Of a DNA stretch of 64,000 bases, positions 1-13,045 are shown one piece after another. The translations under genes and the position numbers were made by a program. Numbering within the stretch: position 1 is the first letter of the stretch; each line of letters starts with the position of its first letter. The notes under the pieces were generated by a model that saw nothing but the letters and a program-made list of their open reading frames with translations, made no database searches and was not told where the DNA came from. Source of the DNA: Anthoceros angustus (Eukaryota; Plantae; Anthocerotophyta); contig VJWM01000068.1 of assembly GCA_010909165.1 (NCBI GenBank), positions 744,001 through 808,000 of the forward strand. The letters run 5' to 3'.

Positions 1-74
1 GAAGAATCATTCCGACTTCTTCTTTTGTTTGGTACCTTAGAGTGTAATCCAAACCCTTCAAACCCACGATGCAT

Positions 75-518
75 ATACTTGCATTTAAGGCTACAATAAG
101 TCTTCACGCTTTTGCATCCGCCCGATCCAATACCATAGTGACTTGTATTTCGTTGGTGCTTGCAAAATCTTGTAACTTGGGAGGCAGAGCATGTGGTCCT
201 TTTCATTGCATTTGAAGGAGTAATATCCTCGATGGAGATAGGCGATGAAAGACTACGAATCTCTGAAGTCCAAACACCATAGCGTCGATTAACTTTTGAA
301 TAGTCAAAACCTCATGCCCGCATGTGAATCATAGAACATTGAATGCAAAATGGTGCACCCAGCATTCAATACAAAATTTATTGCACCACACTTCTCCATG
401 TGAGGATGCAGCGTGCACTTCACATGATACTCATGCTCAAGAAAATGGGTAACCAATCAGCTGGCGTAAATAAACAGCTTGTGTTCCCGGTCTTGGGTGC
501 ATCTCTTCCAACAAATAG
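75..518 (-). CDS. PLATZ-domain zinc-finger protein, array copy 1 (apparent frameshifts)
   Basis: Cross-copy reconstruction: DWLPIFLEHEYHVKCTLHPHMEKSxCNKFCIECxGAPFCIQCSKDSHAGHEVLTIRKVNRRYGVWTSEIRSLSSPISIEDITPFKCNEKDHMLLPPKLQ...KTYCSLKCK. It fits the PLATZ signature C-x2-H-x11-C-x2-C-x5-C-x2-C-x4-H-x2-H and the terminal C-x3-C. Confidence reflects doubt about intactness more than about the domain. Confidence 0.7.
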
Positions 519-1247
519 CTACAAGTTGTAACAAATGAACATTAATAATTTCAAATATAATCACATAATTTAGTTTTAACATAATTCTCAAATCATTCAA
601 TGTTAAATCCATCTATATTAGAAACAAAATAGAAGTAAAATAATATAACACACCTTTTATCTTTGGGTCTAAAACTAACCTTAAAAAATAGAATTGACTT
701 GATGTACTTACTTCGATTGATAACACACCAAAAATCTCAAAATGGAATAAACAGATGGATCTCTTTCCACACATATATAGAGTTAAACATGCATAATGTA
801 TCGATAATAAACTTTTAAGCTCGAATAGTCTTTGTGAGAATTTCACTCTACATATAATTAAAGTGTAAAATGTAATATTTTATATATTTTATAATGAATT
901 AAATATGCAGAGATGGAAGTCTCGTCTACACTAGGGTGACGGGGAATAACCCTCTAGTGGGGAGCAACCCTCTAGAGGGAGGGCCCAGCCAAGGGAGTAG
1001 GCCCCTCAATGTCTACTCTCAAGCTACCCTACTAGAAATCCTTGTCCATGTTACACTTTTGTTAAGATTGGACCCTGGATGTTACACTTATTGCAATTTT
1101 GGGTCTATATAGCACTTATTCAGCCCCTTGTTACAAGAGGTTTGGAATATCGAGGATATTACTCCTTCAAATGCAATGAAGAGGACCACATGCTCTGTTT
1201 CCTAAGATACAAGATTTTACAAGCACCAACATAGTCGACCATGACAA
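143..1247. repeat. Inverted repeat present in every array unit; arms 143-233 and 1149-1247 in unit 1
   Basis: The reverse complement of 152-233 matches 1149-1230 with 6 mismatches in 82 nt. Equivalent + strand arms lie at 5347-5443, 9523-9620, 13680-13780, 18839-18938 and 23037-23136. Confidence 0.95.
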
Positions 1248-4200
1248 TTCCCACACCACAATGATTTGGACCCTGGATGTTACACTTATGTTGCAATTTT
1301 AGGTCCATATTACAATGAGGTTTAAGGTTTTTCCCTTTGCGGATCGGTCTTTGGGATGGAGTGCGTATCTTGAGTCACTTTAATTATAATTTTGAGCCTA
1401 CTTGAAACTTTGGAGCATGCTTGCGGGCATAGGGCATGTCCGTGTCACTCACGGGCTCAGCCTTATCCCTCACTTTTGGAGGAGGAGGAGGAGGAGTCTT
1501 TGTCCATCATGTTATTTACCCCCATTTTATTAGTGTTTGGTAAGACTAAGGGATAGAATGACTACATGGTGTGTGCGAATAAGTTAAATAAATTGAAATC
1601 AAAGAAAGTGCAGTTATGAGGATGGAGTGAGATGAGAGAGATAGACTCATGTTACGTCATGTTGCAATAATGGTGTGGGAAAAATTATTTAACCCATGTA
1701 TAGGTGACTTGGGTAACTTTATTCAATACAACAAGATAGGATTCTCTAGAACTAAATGATATGAAATTGCGAAAATTGGGTTGGAGACTATATTAAATAA
1801 GTAGAGATAGGGTGAGCCCATATACCATAAGACACCTAACCCCAGTGGCCGACTTACTCAAATCGAGACTTTGAGGTCGGTTTAGAAACTCGACAAAAAT
1901 ATGGGACCCCAATGAATTAAGCATGCCATAGAGTTAGATCCGCTTTACATTCCGCACCTCTAGATCTACAAAGCGAAAAGATTGGACCATAACAACATTT
2001 AGAATCTCGATATGAATGTAGGCGGTGGTGGCAAGCTCGGGGCTCTCGGCATTTCTCTTGCGATGATCGCTGGCATATGCTCCCCTCTCTATGGTAATTC
2101 TCCTTGCATTGTGAGAGAAAATGCTCTGGTCTGCGTCTTGGTGGAGTGGGAAGCGAATGGAGTCGCCGTGTGGGTGTGATGTCCTTGTTTTGTGGTATAT
2201 GGAGGCTTGGGCGGGGAGGCGTATAGTGCAACGTTTGCATTCACCGTCTCAATTTTATGAAGGATTTGCCGTTCATCATGCCTCAAATTTGTCGGTTGAG
2301 TGTCTCATGCGAAAATTTGGTGAGGATGATCGCTGACTATGATAGTCGGAATGGCATGTCGATGCCATGGAACTTTCTGACACTTGGCGAGACCGCACTC
2401 TCTTAAATATGTAGAAGCTTGCCTCCCATTGCAAGATGGTACATGGGCTATATGCAAAGGAATGAGCTATCTTGCAAAGGATATCGCCAAGGAGATGTAA
2501 GCAGTACACACACCATTGGAAAGCCCGTGTTCGTTGCATGAGGCGGTGCCATTTTCCATATTTCGTGTGCACGGTGAGAGCATGAAAAATGGAGTGAGGC
2601 AGGGAATTAAGCGGAAAAATAGGCCAGCGGACCCCGGTCATTCTGGGGTTAAAGTGTCCCTTAGGGTCACAACGAGAAAGAGCAACTAAGATTTATCCGA
2701 CGGTGACTTGGCCCTACATTCCAACCGAGGTTGTCCGTAGCTGAGGGTTGGCATTCGTGGGGGCTAGCCCACGGCTCTTGGCCCTTCTTGGGTTATCCCA
2801 CCTCGGTTCGGGGTTGATGGGTTTCCCATCTCTTCTTTTTAATAAAGTCTCCATTGAGCCATTTTAGTTATCCTCGATGGATTGGGATTGTGCGAAATGG
2901 TGCTGCTCTCGGCGGTTTTGCTCTGGCCGTCGCCACTATATAAGATAGTGGTTGCAAGTTTTCTTGCAGCTTTTGCCAAGGCCTATTGAATATGGCATGG
3001 TGTGAGCTCCTTTTCTACTTATGTGGTATTTTATAAGAGTTTTGGAGGAGTTATTTTTAATACAACAGCAAGTACAAAGGAGGCTTAGGACACTTCTTCA
3101 CACACGATAGGGAGGCCTTTTCATATTCTTAGCTTTGTATCTTTTATTTTTCAGCTTCGTGTTGGTTATTGGGCCATGCATAATCTGCGTCACATTGTAT
3201 CTTCTCATTATTTGAAGTCTTCTTGTATCTTTGTGGTAGGTTTCAATGAAGAAGCTTGTAGTGGTTGTTGGCGGTTTCATCTACGTAACTATGAAAAGTT
3301 AGTTTTCACTTGCAGTATTAAAATACTAATTGGTGTTGATGAAGAGTGGTGTTAAATCATACTTTTGGGTTAGTGTGTCTACTCGTTTGACAAGAAATCA
3401 AAACCCAATAAGTTAATGTTTCAAAGAAGGTCGGTCTGCGTATGAAGGAGGTGAGCAAGGTCATCATCCATTTGATGTCCTTTCTTCCCTCATCCTATAT
3501 GAAAGCTATTTCCTCTTCTCCATGTTCAAGTGCAAGGAATTGTACAATCTGCCCTTGAAGGTTGAGCTTAGGCATCCTCGTGGGGCAACGCGTACTCTTA
3601 TTTTGGTACAAAGGAGGACATCTATTTTAAGTCGTATATATGTGTTTTGATATAACAAAACTTACCACTAAAACAAGAAAGTAAGAGAAGTGAAGTAAAA
3701 TTTTACAACACACCATTTTACTATCGAGTCTAACACAAATATTTAAAAAAAAGCACACTTGAGCGAAACACTTTTGCTTTGAAAATTTATTAAGTTGCTA
3801 CTTCTACATGCCCGCTTAACAACTTAATATATGAATCTTTTAATGAGATCTACTAGTTATTATTGACATCATTTTCAATCGAACTAAAACCCTTGCGGCC
3901 ACGTTAGTGCTCATTTGATCTCGATCGTTGTGACCAAGCTTTAGCAAAGAAGACCTTCCACAACTTCTTTCTCTAGCTCGGATAGAAAGGTCTCATTCCG
4001 GGTCCAATTGGGCCACAAGCTTCCTCACTCTGTGTTTTGAACTTGTACTGCGAAATTGATTGATGCATTGTCAAATGCGCTTACATATTTTTATTGCATC
4101 TTATTAACGCGTCTACCAACACAATGCAAATACTAAGATGTTACACCATGCTAGTAGATATTGGGAGTGGCGATATATCATTGTGAGAAGAATCATTCGA

Positions 4201-4262
4201 CACATTCTTCTTTTGTTTGGTACCTTAGAGTGTAATCCAAACCCTTCAAACCCACGATGCAT

Positions 4263-4708
4263 ATACTTGCATTTAAGGCTACAATAAGTCTTCACGCTTT
4301 TGCATCCATAGATCCAATACCATAGTGACTTGTCATGGTACGCGTTGGTGCTTGCAAAATCTTGTAACTTGGGAGGCAGGGCATGTGGTCCTTTTCATTG
4401 CATTTGAAGGAGTAATATCCTCGATGGAGATAGGCGATGAAAGACTACGAATCTCTGAAGTCCAAACACCATAAGCGTCGATTAACTTTTGAATAGTCAA
4501 AACCTCATGCCCCGCATGTGAATCCTTAGAACATTGAATGCAAAATGGTGCACCCCGCATTCAATACAAAATTTATTGCACCGACTTCTCCATGTGAGGA
4601 TGCAACGTGCACTTCACATGATACTCATGCTCAAGAAAATGGGTAACCAATCGGTGGCGCCAAATAGGCTTTGTGTTCTGTCTTGGGTGCATCTCTTCCA
4701 ACAAATAG
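4263..4708 (-). CDS. PLATZ-domain protein, array copy 2 (apparent frameshifts)
   Basis: ORF-track pieces 4333..4560 (GAPFCIQCSKDSHAGHEVLTI...SEIRSLSSPISIEDITP), 4113..4295 (KTYCSLKCK) and 4614..4802 (DWLPIFL). Confidence 0.7.
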
Positions 4709-7700
4709 CTACAAGTTGTAACAAATGAACATTAATAATTTCAAATATAATCACATAATTTAGTTTTAACATAATTCTCAAATCATTCAATGTTAAATCC
4801 ATCTATATTAGAAACAAAAATAGAAGTAAAATAATATAACACACCTTTTATCTTTGGGTCTAAAACTAACCTTAAAAAATAGAATTGACTTGATGTACTT
4901 ACTTCGATTGATAACACACCAAAAATCTCAAAATGGAATAAACATGATGGATCTCTTTCCACATATATAGAGTTAAACATGCATAATGTTTCGATAATAA
5001 ACTTTTAAGCTCGAATAGTCTTTGTGAGAATTTCACTCTACATATAATTAAAGTGTAAAATGTAATATTTTATATATTTTATAATGAATTAAATATGCAG
5101 AGATGGAAGTCTCGTCTACACTAGGGTGACGGGAATAACCCTCTAGTGGGGAGCAACCCTCTAGAGGGAGAGGGCCAGGAGCCAAGGGGAGTAGGCCCCT
5201 CAATGTCTACTCTCAAGCTACCCTACTAGAAATCCTTGTCCATGTTACACTTTTGTTAAGATTTGGACCCCTGGATGTTACACTTGTATTGCAATTTTGG
5301 GTCTATATAGCACTTATTCAGCCCCTTGTTACAAGAGGTTTGGAATATCGAGGATATTACTCCTTCAAATGCAATGAAGAGGACCACATGCTCTGTTCCT
5401 AAGATACAAGATTTTACAAGCACCAACATAGTCACCATGACAATTCCCACACCACAATGATTTGGACCCCTGGATGTTACACTTATGTTGCAATTTTAGG
5501 TCCATATTACAATGAGGTTTAAGGTTTTTCCCTTTGCGGATCGGTCTTTGGGATGGGGGCGATATCTTGAGTCACTTTAATTATAATTTTGAGCCTACTT
5601 GAAGCCTTTGGAGCATGCTTGCGGGCATAGGGCATGTCCGTGTCACTCACGGCTCAGCCTTATCCCTCACTTTTGGAGGAGGAGGAGGAGGAGGAGTCTT
5701 TGTCCATCATGTTATTTACCTTACATTTTATTAGTGTTTGGTAAGACTAAGGGATAGAATGACTACATGGTGTGTGCGAATAAGTTAAATAAATTGAAAT
5801 CAAAGAAAGGGCAGTTATGAGGATGGAGTGAGATGAGAGAGATAGACTCGTGTTATTCGGTCATGTTGCAATAATGGTGTGGGAAAAATTATTTAACCCA
5901 TGTATAGGTGACTTGGAGTAACTTTATTCAATACAACAAGATAGGATTCTCTAGAACTAAATGATATGAAATTGCGAAAATTGGGTTGGAGACTATATTA
6001 AATAAGTAGAGATAGGGTGAGCCCATATACCATAAGACACCCTAACCCCAGTGGCCGACTTACTCAAATCGAGACTTTGAGGTCGGTTCCGAAACTCGAC
6101 AAAAATATGGGACCCCAATGAATTAAGCATGCCATAGAGTTAGATCCGCTTTACATTGCACCTCTAGATCTACAAAGCGGAAAAGATTGGACCATAACAA
6201 CATTTAGAATCTCGATATGAATGTGGAAGCGGTGGTGGCAAGCTCGGGCTCTCGCATTTCTCTTGCGCGATGATCGCTGGCATATGCTCCCCTCTCTCTA
6301 TGGTAATTCTCCTTGCATTGTGAGAGAGAAATGCTGGCGTCGTGGTGGAGTGGGAAGCGAATGGAGTGCGTAGTGTGGGTGGCCAGTGTCCTTGTTTTGT
6401 GGTATATGGAGGCTTGGGCGGGGAGGCGGTAGTGCAAACGTTTGCATTCACCGTCTCAATTTTATGAAGGATTTGCGTTCATCATGCCTCAAATTTGTCC
6501 AGTTGAGTGTCTCATGCGAAAATTTGGTGAGGATGATCGCGACTATGATATGGAATGGCATGTCGATGCCATGGAACTTTACTTTCGCTTGAGAGACCGC
6601 ACTCTCTTAAATATGTAGAAGCTTGCCTCCCATTGCAAGATGGTATGGGCTATATGCAAAGGGAAGGCTGTGGGCTATCTTAAAGGATATGCGCCAAGGA
6701 GATGTAAGCGACACACACCATTGGAAAGCCGTCGTTCGTTGCATGAGGCGGTGCCATTTTTCCATATTCGTGTGCACCGGTGAGAGCATGAAAAATGGAG
6801 TGAGGCAGGCGGAAAAATAGGCCAGCGGACCCCGGTCGTCGGGGTTAAAGTGTCCCTTAGGGTCACAACGAAAGAGCAACTAAGATTTATCCGGCCGGTG
6901 ACTTGGCCCTACATTCAAGCGAGGTTGTCCGTAGCTACGGGGTTGGCATTCGTGGGGCTAGCCCGGCTCTTGGCCCTTTCTTGGGTTATCCCACCTCGGT
7001 TGGGGTTGATGGGTTTCCATCTCTTCTTTTAATAAAGTCTCCATTGAGCCATTTTAGTTATCCTCGATGGATTGGGATTGTCGAAATGGTGCTGCTCTGT
7101 CGGCGGTTTCGGTACTGCGGCGTCGCCACTATATAAGATAGTGGTTGCAAGTTTTCTTGCAGCTTTTGCCAAGGCCTATTGAATATGGCATGGTGTGAGC
7201 TCCTTTTCTACTTATGTGGTATTTTATAAGAGTTTTGGAGGAGTTATTTTTAATACAACAGCAAGTACAAAGGAGGCTTGAGGACACTTCTTCACACACG
7301 ATAGGGAGGCCTTTTCATATTCTTAGCTTTGTATCTTTTATTTTTCACCGTGTTGGTTATTGGGCCATGCATAATCTGCGTCACATTGTATCTTCTCATT
7401 ATTTGAAGTCTTCTTGTATCTTTGTGGTAGGTTTCAATGAAGAAGCTTGTAGTGGTTATTGGCGGTTTCATCTACGTAACTATGAAAAGTTAGTTTTCAC
7501 TTGCAGTATTAAAATACTAATTGGTGTTGATGAAGAGTGGTGTTAAATCATACTTTTGGGTTAGTGTGTCTACTCGTTTTGACAAGAAATCAAAACCCAA
7601 TAAGTTAATGTTTCAAAGAAGGTCGTCTGCGTATGAAGGAGGTGAGCAAGGTCATCATCCATTTGATGTCCTTTCTTCCCTCATCCTATATGAAAGCTAT

Positions 7701-8444
7701 TTCCTCTTCTCCATGTTCAAGTGCAAGGGTGCAATGCCTTGAAGGTTGAGCTTAGGCATCCTCGTAGGGCAACGTACTCTTATTTTCGGTACAAAGGAGG
7801 ACATCTATTTTTAAGTCGTATATATGTGTTTTGATATAACAAAACTTACCACTAAAACAAGAAAGTAAGAGAAGTGAAGTAAAATTTTACAACACACCAT
7901 TTTACTATCACTAACACAAATATTTAAAAAAAAGCACACTTGACGCGAAACACTTTTGCTTTGAAAATTTATTAAGTTGCTACTTCTACATGCCCCGCTT
8001 AACAACTTAATATATGAATCTTTTAGCTGAGATCTACTAGTTATTATTGACATCATTTTCAATCGAACTAAAACCCTTGCGCCACGTTAGTGCTCATTTG
8101 ATCTCGATCGTTGTGACCAAGCTTTAGCAAAAGAAGACCTTCCACAACTTCTTTCTCTAGCTCGGATAGAAAGGTCTCATTCCGGGTCCAATTGGGCCAC
8201 AAGCTTCCCTCATGTTTTGAACTTGTACTGCGAAAATTGATTGATGCATTGTCAAATGCGCTTACATATTTTTATTGCATCTTATTAACGCTCTACCAAC
8301 ACAATGCAAATACTAAGATGTTACCCGCCATGCTAGTAGATATTGGGAGTGGCGATATATCATTGTGAGAAGAATCATTCCGACTGTTCTTCTTTTGTTT
8401 GGTACCTTAGAGTGTAATCCAAACCCTTCAAACCCACGATGCAT

Positions 8445-8893
8445 ATACTTGCATTTAAGGCTACAATAAGTCTTCACGCTTTTGCATCCGCCCGATCCAA
8501 TACCATAGTGACTTGTCATGGTACGCTACGTTGGTGCTTGCAAAATCTTGTAACTTGGGAGGCAGAGCATGTGGTCCTTTTCATTGCATTTGAAGGGAGT
8601 AATATCCTCGATGGAGATAGGCGATGAAAGACTACGAATCTCTCAAGTCCAAACACCATAGCGTCGATTAACTTTTCGAATAGTCAAAACCTCATGCCCC
8701 GCATGTGAATCCTTAGAACATTGAATGCAAAATGGTGCACCTGCATTCAATACAAAATTTATTGCACCGACTTCTCCATGTGAGGATGCAACGTGCACTT
8801 CACATGATACTCATGCTCAAGAAAAATGGGTAACCAATCGGGCGCCAAATAGGCTTTGTGTTCAGTCTTGGGTGCATCTCTTCCAACAAATAG
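8445..8893 (-). CDS. PLATZ-domain protein, array copy 3 (apparent frameshifts)
   Basis: This copy reads APDWLPIFLEHEYHVKCTLHPHMEKS and IEDITPFKCNEKDHML in frame. ORF 8313..8519 has KTYCSLKCK. Putative intron 8894-9084 has a GTAAGT donor and a TTGTAG acceptor. Confidence 0.7.
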
Positions 8894-11800
8894 CTACAAG
8901 TTGTAACAAATGAACATTAATAATTTCAAATATAATCACATAATTTAGTTTTAACATAATTCTCAAATCATTCAATGTTAAATCCATCTATATTAGAAAC
9001 AAAAATAGAAGTAAAATAATATAACACACCTTTTATCTTTGGGTCTAAAACTAACCTTAAAAATAGAATTGACGATGTACTTACTTGCGATTGATAACAC
9101 ACCAAAAATCTCAAAATGGAATAAACATGATGGATCTCTTTCCACACATATATAGAGTTAAACATGCATAATGTTTCGATAATAAACTTTTAACTCGAAT
9201 AGTCTTTGTGAGAATTTCACTCTACATATAATTAAAGTGTAAAATGTAATATTTTATATATTTTATAATGAATTAAATATGCAGAGATGGAAGTCTCGTC
9301 TACACTAGGGTGACGGGAATAACCCTCTAGTGGGGAGCAACCCTCTAGAGGGAGGGCCAAGGGGAGTAGGCCCCCTCAATGTCTACTCTCAAGCTACCCT
9401 ACTAGAAATCCTTGTCCATGTTACACTTTTGTTAAGATTTGGACCCCTGGATGTTACACTTGTATTGCAATTTTGGGTCTATATAGCACTTATTCAGCCC
9501 CTTGTTACAAGAGGTTTGGAATATCGAGGATATTACTCCTTCAAATGCAATGAAGAGGACCACATGCTCCTGTTCCTAAGATACAAGATTTTACAAGCAC
9601 CAACATAGTCACCATGACAATTCCCACACACAATGATTTGGACCCCTGGATGTTACACTTATGTTGCAATTTTAGGTCCATATTACAATGAGGTTTAAGG
9701 TTTTTCCCTTTGCGGATCGGTCTTTGGGATGGGGTGCGTATCTTGAGTCACTTTAATTATAATTTTGAGCCTACTTGAAGCCTTTGGAGCATGCTTGCGG
9801 GCATAGGGCATGTCCGTGTCACTCACGGGCTCAGCCTTATCCCTCACTTTTGGAGGAGGAGGAGGAGGAGGAGTCTTTGTCCATCATGTTATTTACCCCA
9901 CATTTTATTAGTGTTTGGTAAGACTAAGGGATAGAATGACTACATGGTGTGTGCGAATAAGTTAAATAAATTGAAATCAAAGAAAGGGTACAGTTATGAG
10001 GATGGAGTGAGATGAGAGAGATAGACTCAGTGTTACGTCATGTTGCAATAATGGTGTGGGAAAAATTATTTAACCCATGTATAGGTGACTTGGAGTAACT
10101 TTATTCAATACAACAAGATAGGATTCTCTAGAACTAAATGATATGAAATTACGAAAATTGGTTTGGAGACTATATTAAATAAGTAGAGATAGGGTGAGCC
10201 CATATACCATAAGACACCCTAACCCCAGTGGCCGACTTACTCAAATCGAGACTTTGAGGTCGGTTTAGCTCGACAAAATATGGGACCCCAATGAATTAAG
10301 CATGCCATAGAGTTAGATCCGCTCATTGCACCTCTAGATCTACAAAGCGAAAAGATTGGACCATAACAACATTTAGAATCTCGATATGAATGTGGAAGCG
10401 GTGGCAAGCTCGGGGCTCTCGGCATTTCTCTTGCGCGATGATCGCTGGCATATGCTCCCCTCTCTCTATGGTAATTCTCCTTGCATTGACAGAGAAATGC
10501 GTACAGTCGTGGTGGAGTGGGAAGCGAAATGTCGCAGGTGTGGGTGATGTCCTTGTTTTGTGGTATATGGAGGCTTGGGCGGGGAGGCGGTATGGTGCAG
10601 AAACGTTTGCATTCACCGTCTCAATTTTATGAAGGATTTGCCGTTCATCATGCCTCAAATTTGTCCGAGTTGAGTGTCTCATGCGAAATTTGGTGAGGAT
10701 GATCGCCTGATATTTGGAATGGCATGTCGATGCCATGGAACTTTCAACACTCCGGCGCACTCTCTTAAATATGTAGAAGCTTGCCTCCCATTGCAAGATG
10801 GTATGGGCTATATGCAAAGGGAAGGCTGAGCTATCTTAGGATATGCGCCAAGGAGATGTAAGCGACACACACCATTGGAAAGCCGTCGTTCGTTGCATGA
10901 GGCGGTGCCATTTTTCCATATTTCTGTGCACCGGTGAGAGCATGAAAAATGGAGTGAGGCCCGGAATTAGCGGAAAAATAGGCCAGCGGACCCCGGTCAT
11001 TACAGGGTTAAAGTGTCCCTTAGGGTCACGAGAAAAAACAACTAAGATTTATCCGGGTGACGGCCCTACATTCAAGAGGTTGTCCGTAGCTACGGTTGGC
11101 ATTCGTGGGGGCTAGCCCCGGCTCTTGGCCCTTCTTGGGTTATCCCACCTCGGTTCGGGGTTGATGGGTTTCCATCTCTTCTTTTAATAAAGTCTCCATT
11201 GAGCCATTTTAGTTATCCTCGATGGATTGGGATTGTGCGAAATGGTGCTGCTCTGTCGAGCGGTTTTTTGGCCGCTGCGCCACTATATAAGATAGTGGTT
11301 GCAAGTTTTCTTGCAGCTTTTGCCAAGGCCTATTGAATATGGCATGGTGTGAGCTCCTTTTCTACTTATGTGGTATTTTATAAGAGTTTTGGAGGAGTTA
11401 TTTTTAATACAACAGCAAGTACAAAGGAGGCCGAGGACACTTCTTCACACACGATAGGGAGGCCTTTTCATATTCTTAGCTTTGTATCTTTTATTTTTCA
11501 GCTTCTGTTGGTTATTGGGCCATGCATAATCTGCGTCACATTGTATCTTCTCATTATTTGAAGTCTTCTTGTATCTTTGTGGTAGGTTTCAATGAAGAAG
11601 CTTGTAGTGGTTGTTGGCGGTTTCATCTACGTAACTATGAAAAGTTAGTTTTCACTTGCAGTATTAAAATACTAATTGGTGTTGATGAAGAGTGGTGTTA
11701 AATCATACTTTTGGGTTAGTGTGTCTACTCGTTTTGACAAGAAATCAAAACCCAATAAGTTAATGTTTCAAAGAAGGTCGTGTCAGATGAAGGAGGTGAG

Positions 11801-12599
11801 CAAGGTCATCATCCATTTGATGTCCTTTCTTCCCTCATCCTATATGAAAGCTATTTCCTCTTCTCCATGTTCAAGTGCAAGGCTGCAATCGCCCTTGAAG
11901 GTTGAGCTTAGGCATCCTCGTAGGGCAACGTACTCTTATTTTGGTACAAAGGAGGACATCTATTTTTAAGTCGTATATATGTGTTTTGATATAACAAAAC
12001 TTACCACTAAAAACAAGAAAGTAAGAGAAGTGAAGTAAAATTTTACAACACACCATTTTACTATCGATCTAACACAAATATTTAAAAAAAAAAAGCACAC
12101 TTGAGCGAAACACTTTTGCTTTGAAAATTTATTAAGTTGCTACTTCTACATGCCCGCTTAACAACTTAATATATGAATCTTTTAGAGATCTACTAGTTAT
12201 TATTGACATCATTTTCAATCGAACTAAAACCCTTGCGTACGTTAGTGCTCATTTGATCTCGATCGTTGTGACCAAGCTTTAGCAAAGAAGACCTTCCACA
12301 ACTTCTTTCTCTAGCTCGGATAGAAAGGTCTCATTCCGGGTCCAATTGGGCCACAAGCTTCCTCACTCATGTTTTGAACTTGTACTGCGAAAATTGATTG
12401 ATGCATTGTCAAATGCGCTTACATATTTTTATTGCATCTTATTAACGTCTACCAACACAATGCAAATACTAAGATGTTACCGCCATGCTAGTAGATATTG
12501 GGAGTGGCGATATATCATTGTGAGAAGAATCATTCCGACTGTTCTTCTTTTGTTTGGTACCTTAGAGTGTAATCCAAACCCTTCAAACCCACGATGCAT

Positions 12600-13045
12600 A
12601 TACTTGCATTTAAGGCTACAATAAGTCTTCACGCTTTTGCATCCCTTGATCCAATACCATAGTGACTTGTCATGGTACACGTTGGTGCTTGCAAAATCTT
12701 GTAACTTGGGAGGCAGGGCATGTGGTCCTTTTCATTGCATTTGAAGGAGTAATATCCTCGATGGAGATGGCGATGAAAGACTACGAATCTCAAGTCCAAA
12801 CACCATAGCGTCGATTAACTTTTCGAATAGTCAAAACCTCATGCCCGCATGTGAATCCTTAGAACATTGAATGCAAAATGGTGCACCCTGCATTCAATAC
12901 AAAATTTATTGCACCCGACTTCTCCATGTGAGGATGCAGCGTGCACTTCACATGATACTCATGCTCAAGAAAATGGGTAACCAATCGTTTGGCGCCAAAT
13001 AAACCTTTGTGTTCCTGTCTTGGGTGCATCTCTTCCAACAAATAG
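12600..13045 (-). CDS. PLATZ-domain protein, array copy 4 (apparent frameshifts)
   Basis: ORF 12859..13041 has FLEHEYHVKCTLHPHMEKS; ORF 12477..12680 has KTYCSLKCK. Confidence 0.7.

Noticed and set aside
940-1045. Helitron 3' end (palindrome CCCTCTAGAGGG, nearby CTAG)
   Set aside because: The CTAG is not followed by T, the array boundary is elsewhere, and I found no matching 5' TC end or RepHel fragment.
1149-1170. GGATATTAC as a geminivirus-like rolling-circle origin
   Set aside because: It is not the TAATATTAC nonamer, the stem is only 4 bp, there is no Rep ORF, and the bases are explained as PLATZ codons (EDIT).
2290-2390. Gypsy integrase-like fragment VRKFHG...IPTIIVSDH on the minus strand
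   Set aside because: It needs a frameshift, spacing to a YHPQ-like motif is wrong, and there are no RT, RH or LTR features. Could be chance.
3150-3300. Copia-like words (SYVDE, CDADYAW) on the minus strand of the unit
   Set aside because: Isolated short matches surrounded by stops, without flanking RT or RNase H motifs.
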